A stretch of 64,000 nucleotides of DNA from Chlorokybus atmophyticus (lineage: Eukaryota > Plantae > Mesostigma and Chlorokybus algae), in the NCBI GenBank assembly GCA_009103225.1, contig RHPI01001056.1, forward strand, positions 1 through 64,000. Direction: 5' to 3'. Positions within the stretch are counted from its first letter, which is position 1; each line of letters opens with the position of its first letter. The translations under genes and the position numbers were made by a program. This document shows, piece by piece, positions 11,790 to 21,744 of this stretch. Below the pieces are notes generated by a model. It searched no databases, was not told the origin of the DNA, and worked only from the letters and a program-made list of their open reading frames with translations.

Positions 11790-13140
11790 AAGCTGGAGGC
11801 TCTCCTCAACAAATGGAGGAGCCAATTCAGCTTCAATGTGAAGGAATTAGGGACGTGCTCAGTGTACCAGATGGACATCGAGCTGGTGGACACTGAGCCG
11901 GTGTTCCGGCGACAATACAGGCTCTCCAAGTTGGAAGAGGACCTGGTGGAACAGAGATGTAAGGCGCTGCTTGATGCAGGCCTTATCGAAGAGTCCACAT
12001 CGGACTTCGCAGCAGCAATCGTCATGCCACTGAAGAAGGATTCAGCAGGCAACTAAACAGAGCGACGCATGTGTGGCGACTATCGCCCCCTCAACAACAA
12101 GACCAAGCAAGACAGGTACCCCATGCCCACAGCAGAGGGTATCTTTGATGATGTGGGAGACTGCACAGTCTTCAGCATCCTGGACATGCGTCAAGGGTAC
12201 AACCAAATCGCCATCAAGGACGAGGACAAGCACAAGACCTCCTTCTGGGGCAACCGACAGTTGTACCAATGGAAGGTAATGCCGTTCGGGCTGAAGAATG
12301 CCCCAGCCAAGTTTCAACGCGTCATGGACAAAGCCTTGAAGGGGCTGGACTGCGCGCGGTGCTACATCGATGACATCCAGCATCTTCAGCACATCGAAGC
12401 AGTGCTGGAACGACTCAAGGGAGTGGGGATGACCGTACACCCCGACAAGTGTACCTTCTTCACCCACAAGGTGCCGTACTTAAGGCACATGATTGTGCCC
12501 CATGGTGTGTATGTGCAGCAGGCAAAAGTAGAGGCTCTGGCAGCTATCCCCGCCCCGACAGACCTCACACGTCTGCGCGCTTTTTTGGGACTTGCCAACT
12601 ACTATCGCCGGTTCGTGAAGGACTTCGCAAAGATCGCAAGGCCCCTCAACGAGCTACTGAAGAAGGAGGTGGAGCTCGCATGGAAGGAGCCGCAACAGCA
12701 GGCCTTCGAGGAGCTGAAGAGCAGGCTCACCACCGCTCCCATCCTTCAACGTCCGGACTACGCCAAGCCTTTCATCCTTCACACCGACTGGAGCAAGCTG
12801 GGGATGGGAGCGGTGCTGGTGCAGCACGATAAGAACAAGAAGGAGCGGGTGGTGTCATACGCCAGCCGAAGAAACAACGGCGCCGAGGCCAACTACAGCA
12901 GCTACGAAGGGGAGTGCCTCGCTGCAGTGTGGGCCATCTCCTTCTTCCGACCTTTCCTCTTTGGTCGGCAGTTCCAACTAATCATCGATCATCAGCCCCT
13001 CAAGTGGCTGATGACCAACCAACATCTGACAGGGAAACTTGCTCGATGGGCCCTGCTGTTGCAGGAATACGACTTTGACATCGACCACCGCGCTGACCTC
13101 ACCATCCAAGACGCCGATGGCCTCAGTCGCAACCCTCACC
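11790..13140 (+). other. Reverse transcriptase and RNase H (Ty3/Gypsy type)
   Basis: RRMCGDYRPLN, LDMRQGYNQI, VMPFGLKNAPAKFQR, CYIDD; RNase H FILHTDWS...YSSYEGECLA...IIDHQPL. Confidence 0.97.
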
Positions 13141-13559
13141 TCAGCACCAACGACGCAACTGGAGCTCGGCATGAGCTCGTCCCTGCAGCAACAGCCCCCA
13201 CCATGGCAGCCATGTTTGCTGCTGCCGCGTTGCGCTCATGGCGCAAGATCAACACCACGGCCTCAGTAGTGGCAGAGGAAATTCTTGCCCTTGAGCCTAC
13301 CGGCCCTGCGGCAACCACACCCTTGGGAGACGCCCACGCAACCGACATTGACGTCGATAACACAGAGCTGGCGCCCACTGACACAAGGCAGGACATATGG
13401 CAGGACAAGCCATTACTTTCCTTTCTTCAAAGTGGCCAGCTTCCCTCCGGCATGAGCGCTCGAGAGAAGGACCGAGTCAACCAACGCACCCGTCACTATC
13501 GATGGGCAGGCGACAAGCTGTATCGCCGCTTCCACGACGAAGACAAGAAAGTGCCGACA

Positions 13560-14680
13560 CCGGTCACGCGCGAGGGCATCATCACTTCCCTCCACACTGA
13601 GCTTGGACACTTCGGTGTCAAGCGTACAGTCAGCCTAGTGAGGGCACGATATTGGTGGTATGGGTTAACAAAACAGGTGCAGGGGTTCGTCAGCCACTGC
13701 CAGCAGTGTGACATGGTGCGTGCCAGCCTCAACACGCGTAGCGCCACCTTGCACCCACTCCCCATCTCCGGTCTCTTTTATCGATGGGGACTCGACATAT
13801 TGAGGGACTTGGCACCCTCAGCGCGTGGCAACCGTTACATCCTGATCATGATTGAGCACTTCTCCAAATGGGTGGAGCTGGTACCATTACCCGACAAGAG
13901 CAGCAGGGGGGTGTCTCAAGCCTTCCTCTCTCACCTTCTCAGCCGATTTGGCAGCTGCACCGAGGTCATCACTGACCAAGGTACTGAGTTAAGAGGGGAA
14001 TTCGACACCCTCTTGGACAAATGTTACATCGACCACCGCCGTACCTCGCGTGATCACCCTCAAGACGACGGCCTCGCCGAGCGTACAGTACAGACCATCA
14101 AGAAGGCACTCCGCAAGTACGTGCTGGAGTACGAGAAGAACACTTGGAATGATCACCTCCCGTGGGTGGCCCTCGGATATCGATTGTTAAAGCAGCGGCT
14201 CTGCGGGAGTACAGCCCGTACTACCTGCTGTTCGGGCGACCACCATTGCTCCCCTTCCGTGCGCAGCAGGAGGTGGATCGCGTCGTGAACAACCTCGACG
14301 ACCCTGACTGGATGCACCACGACATCACCACGCGCGCCGCGCTTTTCGAGCGCACCATCCCCATGGCCTTCAACAACCTGCGCATTGCGCAGCATTGCGA
14401 CACGCTGCGCTACGAGCGCGTATGCAGCGGCTTCTACAAGGAGCGCCAACGGCGGTTCCAAGCGGGGGACTTTGCCTATCGCATGGCAGCCACCAAAGAC
14501 ACGCTTGACACCTCCGTAGGCCGCACCGTCTACAAGGTACTCAAAGTGTACCCCACAGGGGTGCTGGACCTCCTTGGTCAAAACGGAGAGAGGTTGAAGG
14601 ACAACATGGTGAACTGTGCGCCATGTCACCTTCCTTACGTAACCGGCTTCGGGCGTATCCAGCACCCTCGTCCCGCGCGC
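13560..14680 (+). other. DDE integrase with HHCC zinc-binding domain
   Basis: HTELGH...CQQC; D at 13794, D at 13974, E at 14079 (34 residues between the last two by my count); SPYYLLFGR after the frameshift. Confidence 0.95.
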
Positions 14681-14689
14681 AGCACACGC

Positions 14690-14824
14690 TGTGAACGCTG
14701 CGGCAGCGCCGGCGACGACGCACTTATGATGCTGTGCGATGGCTGCAACAAGGGCCTGCATTGCTACTGCCTGGAGCCACCTCTGGACGCGATACATATG
14801 GAGGAGTATTGGTGCGACGATTAC
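14690..14824 (+). other. PHD finger at the integrase C-terminus (last Cys mutated to Tyr)
   Basis: CERC-x8-MLCDGCNKGLHCYCLEPPL-x8-WCDDY, a C4HC3 pattern. Confidence 0.85.
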
Positions 14825-14891
14825 CGTACCAACGGCCCTCCTCACTTGCGCTAGCAATTGAGCTCTGGAGCTGGAACCTCCCCCCGAGCCC

Positions 14892-14899
14892 AGGGGGGG
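14892..14899 (+). other. Polypurine tract AGGGGGGG
   Basis: Lies immediately after the pol stop region and abuts repeat B1. Confidence 0.75.
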
Positions 14900-15141
14900 T
14901 GGCTTGTTGACTTTGTGTGCTACAGCACAGCATGTACACTAGGGAGAACACCGACTCCACCTGCCCGTACTACCCAGCAGCAGCAGACCAGCTGCACAAA
15001 GCACTTGTCACCATGAGGGTTTGGGTCATCTTTTGCTTTTGCTGCACGTTGCACAGGTGGCGCAGCAGCATGTCCACCACAGCATGGCTGTCCATGCAGC
15101 TGTCTGAGACAGCGTGACCCTCGACTCCCCTCGACCCGACA
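14899..15141 (+). repeat. Terminal repeat B1 (243 bp)
   Basis: Direct copy of 15735-15977, about 6 substitutions by eye; ends in GACA. Confidence 0.95.
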
Positions 15142-15143
15142 GC

Positions 15144-15749
15144 TGTCATGCCTATCGCCCAAGCATGCCAGTCGTCATCGGGCATGCCTACAGCGAGACC
15201 CTCGCCCGGCTTACCAGCATGGCGACCCGCGCGCGTCACTGACCAGTAGCTAGGTCATGTCTCTAAAGTAGCTCATGACCATAGCCTACACAGGCACCGC
15301 GTGTAGCTATTCAGTCGTGAGTTCAGTTATAAGTTGGGTTCTATATCGAGTGGGGATTTCCTGTGGAAATAGCCTCGATATGACCGTTAGCTTATGTTCT
15401 GGACAGTCATGAGTTGACTTGTATAAGTAGGCACAGTGTTCACCGGATCAGCTGGTGACACTGTAAGTGAGAAAGCTAAGAGCTTGTGAAGCGACTTGAA
15501 CTACGAAACACACCGTTCCGGTTCCCAAGAATCCCCTCACCGTGTGAGAGCCTGTGCATGTTCTTGTGCACTGTGCTTGTCTTTGCTGTGAGCTTTGTGT
15601 ACTTGGTCGCGGTGTGCTTGTTGGCATCAGGCAGGGCATAGCATCCACGTGTTGCTTGCTCATTCACCTCACTTAACAATGTAATTGCTCTTCCACTCAT
15701 GCAAAGAACTGTGTAAACAGCACTACCTATAGTAGTGGCTTGTTGACTT
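15144..15749 (+). repeat. Terminal repeat A2 (606 bp)
   Basis: Copy of 4862-5467; separated from B1 by GC. Confidence 0.95.
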
Positions 15750-15977
15750 TGTGTGCTACAGCACAGCATGTACACTAGGGAGAACACCGACTCCACCTGC
15801 CCGTACTACCCAGCAGCAGCAGACCAGCTGCACAAAGCACTTGTCACCATGAGGGTTGGGGTCATCTTTTGCTTTTGCTGCACGTTGCACAGGTAGCGCA
15901 GCAGCATGTCCAGCACAGCATGGCTGTCCATGCAGATGTCCGAGACAGCGTAACCCTCGACTCCCCTCGACCCGACA
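15735..15977 (+). repeat. Terminal repeat B2 (243 bp), overlapping A2 by 15 bp
   Basis: Copy of 14899-15141; followed by TSD AATG. Confidence 0.95.
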
Positions 15978-16712
15978 AATGCAACTCCCTCCCACCAAGT
16001 TCGTGTGCTCACACAGCAACTTGCATGCCAGCAATGTCCCCAGCTACTTGCATCCACTCAAAGTAGCAGCTACCACTCAGCACAACACTAACATTTAGTC
16101 AAACCAACAACTCATACGCGCTACGACAAGCACCAAACACCCCCATATATGATAGTTTGCACAATACAATTGGTTGCGTTAAGGGTGGCATACCAACTTT
16201 TTGTTTCCTATCTAAATAGGCTGCAACTCTGTGCTAAGTTGTAATTCCTATTACATATATTATGCAACAAACTCTGCATTAATAGCTACCCCCAATCAAG
16301 GGTTATAGCTATTGCAAATTTTAAAAATGTTACGACAACACGCGATAGGCTTGCCATACCAACTTGCTCAAATCTTAATCAATTAGACTAAAACTCTATG
16401 GAATATTGCTTTATTTAATAACTTGAGCGTTGCAACAATCGCACCCCAAAATGCTTTGCCATTCAAAAGTTATGCTAGTTACAAGCTTTTAGCTCGCATT
16501 TTTCCTAAACTATATATATTCAAAATTTATATCTCCCGCTATACTGCTTCAAACGCAATGCCGTTTGAATTGGACGGTCATCATAAAACGAGCTTAACAG
16601 TCCACAAGAGTCCATCACCATCCAAATAAAACAGCGCAGACAACGCTCACAAAACCGCCATTGCCGAAATAAGGGCAGGCGACCCCAGGTCCTAGCGACT
16701 TTGCTAGCAAAA

Positions 16713-16800
16713 GTCGCTATTATGGCCTAGTCGGCTAAGCCTCGCATTACGTTGATATTTGAGTTCCAAAGGTCGTGGGATCGAGACCCACCGGGCGGCA
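16713..16800 (+). other. tRNA-like sequence (pseudo-tRNA or SINE head)
   Basis: A-box-like TGGCCTAGTCGG (16723); T-arm GTGGG-ATCGAGA-CCCAC; partial acceptor pairing GTCGCT/GGCGGC. Anticodon arm not convincing. Confidence 0.35.
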
Positions 16801-17785
16801 AAGACTTGTGCGCGTGTGGGTAGATATTCGTGATCGTCGGGAACGATCCAAAGCAGTTAGGGTAATTGGTTACGGAACCAACTGTGAGGTTAAGTCGATT
16901 GAGTCGGCGCACAGATTTGCTCCTCCTGCGCGGCAACATGGCAAGTTGCCGCGGGAAACTACGCGGCATGACCGGTAATGGCTAGTCGTAATCGGACGCG
17001 AGCAAGTTCTACCGGTCATGAAGGATCAAGATGTACAAGTAAAATGGCGGTTGATGCCTTCAGCAGTGATTTATGCTTGTATATGCGTAATGCGTGAATT
17101 TGCATTGCACAGTGCATCAAAACTGTATTATTATATTGTGTGAGTGTTATACTAATATCATGTAATACATGATGTGAATGTTTTGAGTGATAATATGCAT
17201 TGTAGAAATATACACATTAATTGGTATGTACATGCAGAGATTGAGCGTAATTGAGTGAAGCAGGTCATCGCACTATGTTGAACCAGGGCAGCACTGGTAC
17301 TCACGCGATCCGCATGGTAGGACCAGGGCTCGTCGCAAACTGGCGTGACCTGCGAACCAGTAGACCAAGAGTACGTCAAGGTACAGCCGCTACAATCAAG
17401 TCTGGTTCGTACGATGTTGTGTGTTAATCAGCCATGGTGCGTACTGCGCGTTCAATGGTGTTGAAATCGCTTGCAGTGGTGAACATGTGGCGCGGTATGG
17501 TACACATCAGCAGAGCGTAAGTACAACTTTGTACTTATCCCGTGCTGAAACCCTAGGCAAACCCTGGTCGCTATGGGTCGCACTGAGGCCATGCTTGCGT
17601 CAATCAACGATAAGCTGCTGGAGCTAGAGGCAGCTTACCATGGAAGGACAATCTGCTGGAGCTGGAGGCAGCTTGCCAAATCACGATGCAAGCAGTTGGA
17701 GGTGGCACCGGAGGCTGCGGTGTTGAGGGTGCGCCTATGTCTATTACGATGGGGTTCGAGCTTCATTGCATTGTTTGTGGCTTGT

Positions 17786-18293
17786 TGTAACAAACCACTA
17801 GGCCACAAAAGCATGAAGTGTGTTTTTGCGGCCGTTGTGGCGTTATTATTCAGTCGTCCGTGACATTCCCCCCCACTTAGGTGTCTAATGTCTTTATTAG
17901 ATGAGTTTTTTACAGGGCATCTCGTCACTGAGCAGTGGAAGAACGATGCAATCATCACTTGCAATCATCACTGAGCAATCGCAGCGCGCATTGCGCGTAT
18001 GGGACCGACTGTCAGTCGCCGTCAGGCAAAGGCGCGTGGTATCAAGCGCGACGCGTTGGAATGACCGACTGCCGTTCGGCAAGTCGCACGTTACTGCTAT
18101 AACCAGGCGCGCGCGACCCCTTTGATCGAACAACAACTGCAAAAATTCGTCTTGTTCTGCCGCCAAGCGGTTTCGAACTCAGGACCTTTTGGGTCTCAAG
18201 CTCCAATGACCAATGTAACAAACCACTAGGCCACAAAAGCACGAAATGTGTTTTTGCGGCCATTGTGGCGTTATTATTTGGTTGTCCGTGACA
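17786..18293 (-). mobile_element. TRIM (miniature non-autonomous LTR retrotransposon), 508 bp
   Basis: 80-bp LTRs at 17786-17865 and 18214-18293 (TGT...ACA, 6 differences, all transitions); 5-bp TSD CTTGT; minus-strand PBS-like TGGTCATTGGAGC; PPT GGGGGGGAA next to the 3' LTR. Confidence 0.9.
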
Positions 18294-20127
18294 CTTGTTG
18301 TCAATTGTATGATCATTGGCATTGGTACAACAGCAGCTGGTACGGTGGCAGCGGTTCTTGCTGCCGATGCTGCTGTTGGTGTCTGCACTGTATTCTGCGT
18401 TTTTTTGTCAAGAACCTTATTGTTACGGATTTTCGCGGTGTTTGTAGCTTTTACAGATTCATAACCGCAATTGAACGAGAAGAAAGCTATGTAACAACCG
18501 CAGCAGCTGGTACAGCCGCAAGCAGCAAGTACAGCAATAGCCGCAGGTGATGCTGTGGCTGCAGCACTAACGACAACGTTCACATCAAGCAACTGGGTTT
18601 TTGATGAGAATGTCGCAAACAGTTCAGCACATGAAAATCATGCACATGCGGTCACTTGGACAATGGTGTGCGCACATCCACGTGTGTAAGTGCATTCACG
18701 CGTGTGTGTGCGTAGAGCTACATGTATTGCTCAAGCGTATCCGCGCACATCAATGTTTTAAAGTGGTTGTTCGCTTTTCTGACACAAATCCCATTGTGTT
18801 CTTTGCTGCCCTTGTTACTTCAACTTAGTTGCAGTGCAGTTGTGAGCCATGATGACTGTGCAAGCCCACAAGCATTTGGGGCATGAACTGGACCCCACAA
18901 TGCGCGTCAGGTATTAGCATACTGTTAAGAGTTGGTTATCATATGATCTTTACCATGGATTATGTCTACGACACCAATTCTTTTTAATGACCTTCAAGCT
19001 GCAATAGCCACAGCCACTCACACTCTCGTTCAGCACCAGACTTGTCAACAAGCAAGGACGAAACGGTAGGTTGTTGTGACCAATGTGCATGCATGGCGCA
19101 CGCACATACGCACTCAAAGGCACACATGCAGACACGCACGAGCACGTGTATGCTTGTGCTGCAAGTGCACGTCTGTGCTCCAAACATATCTTCCTTGCAC
19201 TTAAAAACGCGTCGCATGTTGTGCGTGGAGTAAGTTTTGGGCGCCTGGCATGCGAGATAGCATCAAGGGGTGAAAGGTTGTGTACACATGTTGTGGTGGT
19301 TCGTATGCATGCCATGTATTATCTTCCCTCACATGCGTGTATGTCTCTCATGCAGGCTTCGAGTTAAGAGGCGATCAGTTTACCAATCTCATGCTAGCCC
19401 CCTGCCCTCTGCCGCCGTCTCTCCGCCATCTGCCAGGTGCAGGGGGGCAGGTCGCCGCCTTCCCGCCCGCCCATACCACCGCCCCAGCGTCGGCGCAACG
19501 GGCGTGGCCGCCGACGTTAATGGCGTTAGCATCCGCGCGCGCGCGTCGACCGCCGACGCCACAGTTCACCAGAGACGCGCGGGGGCCGGCGGGTGTCTCC
19601 GCGGGCGTTTCCGTAGACAGAAAGGGTTCCGACTCGGCCTTAGAATTAGCCGACAGCACTCGGTCGGCGGGTCATCCAAGTACCAGCTCTATAACGAGTA
19701 TCAGCTCTATCATCATCAGCAGTGATTCCTTGAGTGGATCTCCATTGTCACATGCGTGCCCACTGCGAATGACCCCTCCCGATACCCACAAAATGCTGCT
19801 GGATTCGTGGCCCTTGGCGCAAATCGCATCGGATGTGCCGCCTGCGAACTGATGTGACTGGGCCATGGTGGCAGCTGCCTTGCTGATGTGGACACTGGCG
19901 GGGATCCGCGCTTCTGACGCCACGCTGCGGGGAAATCCGCCGCGCGCCACGTGGACCCTTCGAGCTCAATCCGATAGCCCAGTATATAACGTCTTGAGGG
20001 CCACGGGAAGGGCAGCCAGTTCTCATCTTGCAAACTTGCTTGCGTGTGTTTGTGAAGAAGAGAGTCGAAGAGTCGCCTGTGCGTGTAAGAGTTTGCAAGT
20101 CGGATCGTTCGTTTCCCATCAAGCGCA

Positions 20128-20955
20128 ATGGCGGAGCGCATTGTTGACACCCAGACCGGCAGCGTCCCACTCAAGGTGTGTGTTGGATGCTTGATACCGC
20201 TGCGCTTGTACACCTTGTGTGCTATCCTTTGCTTACTGTTGGTAGCCTTGGTATTGCTCTATGGTCGCATGCATGGCACACTGATTGTTTGAGGTGTGCA
20301 CGGTCGTTAGAACTTCCTGCTACCGGCTGTACACCATGCAAGTATGCACCATTGACTGGTTTATTACTGCAGACGCAAGAGACTGTGGAGACCGAGGTGC
20401 CCATGACCAGGACCGTCGAGAAGCCATATGTCGAGAAGTATATGGACACGGAGACCCGCACCGTGATGCGCCCTGTTGAGGAGGTCGTGGAGGTTGAGCG
20501 TGAGCGCACGGTTATGCGCCCGGAGACCGAGACTTATTTGGGCAAGCAGACCAACGTGGTTGAGCGGGAGTTCGTCCAGCCCGTGGAGCAGGTCACCATC
20601 GTCCGCGCTGTGGGTGCTCCCCAGGCTGTCGGCGAGAAGGTCGTCGCAACCGGTGAGCCTGTCCCCACAGAGCGCATTAGCAGCGTGCCTGCTGGATCTG
20701 ACGCATACGCCACCACCACCACCACCGCCTACGACACCACCGAGACCTATGGCACCGACACCACCGGCACCACTGCCTACGGCGAAGAGCCCCACAAGAA
20801 GGTGAGATGGGAGTTCACTTTGCATCAGTATGTCTTACGTGGATACCCTGGCTACAGCAACTTACAATCAACGTTGTATGCTGCAGTCTTTGGTGCAGAA
20901 GGCCAAGGAGGCAGTGACCCACACCATCGACAAGGTCACCGGCCACAAAGCGTAA
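20128..20955 (+). CDS. Small hydrophilic Val/Glu/Thr-rich protein with a dehydrin/LEA-like C-terminus (3 exons, ~181 aa)
   Basis: Exons 20128-20175, 20373-20801 and 20887-20955 join in frame with GT-AG; ends HKKSLVQKAKEAVTHTIDKVTGHKA. TATATAA at ~19985 and a G-box CACGTG at ~19949. Confidence 0.7.
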
Positions 20956-21409
20956 ATGAGTTGGCAGTATCGCTACCCTTCACCTGTGTACAAAGCGGGC
21001 GACGCACATGTATACACGTTAGTCTAGATAACTTTGCTCATTTCGCAGCGTAGAGCTTTCTACATTTGGTACTTGGAAACTACACTGTTGCTGGCCCTTG
21101 TACATTTCTGGGAGTTCAATACCTTTTTCTACTCATTCAAGTCTTTCTGTGTGCTGCCTCTGCACTAGCCACTCGAGTTATTTTTCAATTGGACATGCTA
21201 CTGTTGCCACCCTTACATGGTTGAAAAATCAGTACCTTACTCCACTAGAATTTCTGCTGTATGTTGTTTGCAACCAATGCTGCAATTGTAACACAGTTTT
21301 TAGAACATGGTACATGCCGCAACCAATACTGCAAGCTATATCTACCTATTGAATGTGCAGTTTGCAAACGTTGTAAAGCAGCAAGCTGTATGCAATATTT
21401 GATTGTGAA

Positions 21410-21682
21410 TGCAACGGTTTTGCAACCCATATCATGATTATTTTGCAGTAAGCAGCATGCAAACAACCTACAACCAATAAAACTGCCGATATTTAACTAC
21501 AGTCCAATTACTTTTGAACGAAATGGTTTTGCAACCCATATCATGATTGTTTTGCAGTATGCAGCATGCAAACGGCCTACAACCAATAAAACTGCCGATG
21601 TTCAACTACAGTCCAATTTGCAGTAAGCAGCATGCAAACGGCCTGCAACCAATAACTGCCGATGTTCAACTACAGTCCAATT
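21410..21682. repeat. Tandem repeat (~110-bp unit twice plus a ~60-bp third copy)
   Basis: TTGCAGTAAGCAGCATGCAAAC...CAACCAATAAAACTGCCGATG...AACTACAGTCCAATT occurs three times. Confidence 0.8.
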
Positions 21683-21744
21683 ACTGTAAAAATGCACCGA
21701 ATGCTACGTCTGCATCACTGAATGTATCAGTCAATAGCATGGAC

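Larger units (their letters stand above)
7758..14854 (+). pseudogene. pol: Pol polyprotein interrupted by 6 in-frame stops, one frameshift (~14190) and a short in-frame deletion after YIDD
   Basis: ORFs 7758, 8217, 10209, 11163, 11838 and 12069 share one frame. Stops at 8175, 10158, 10890, 11118, 11784 and 12054. Confidence 0.9.
4862..15977 (+). mobile_element. Ty3/Gypsy retrotransposon (gag-PR-DNMT-RT-RNaseH-INT-PHD) with split direct repeats A-internal-B-A-B
   Basis: Termini TGTC...GACA; 4-bp TSD AATG at 4858-4861 and 15978-15981; full Gypsy domain order PR-RT-RH-INT. Confidence 0.95.

Noticed and set aside
14905-15749. Reading the element as a normal LTR retrotransposon with a 5'-truncated left LTR plus an unrelated downstream duplication
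   Set aside because: The matching AATG TSD and TGTC/GACA ends sit at 4862 and 15977, and B2 joins A2 seamlessly through the 15-bp repeat; simple truncation does not explain these. A one-off rearrangement is not fully excluded.
16080-16660. AT-rich tract with weak internal repeats, possibly a DNA-transposon remnant
   Set aside because: No TIR, TSD or coding similarity identified.
17300-18600. Short ORFs flanking the TRIM (17573-17863, 18179-18592)
   Set aside because: Low complexity or TRIM-derived; no recognisable family.
19280-19852. GC-rich 190-aa ORF upstream of the LEA-like gene
   Set aside because: No domain and no consistent splice model on either strand; left unannotated.
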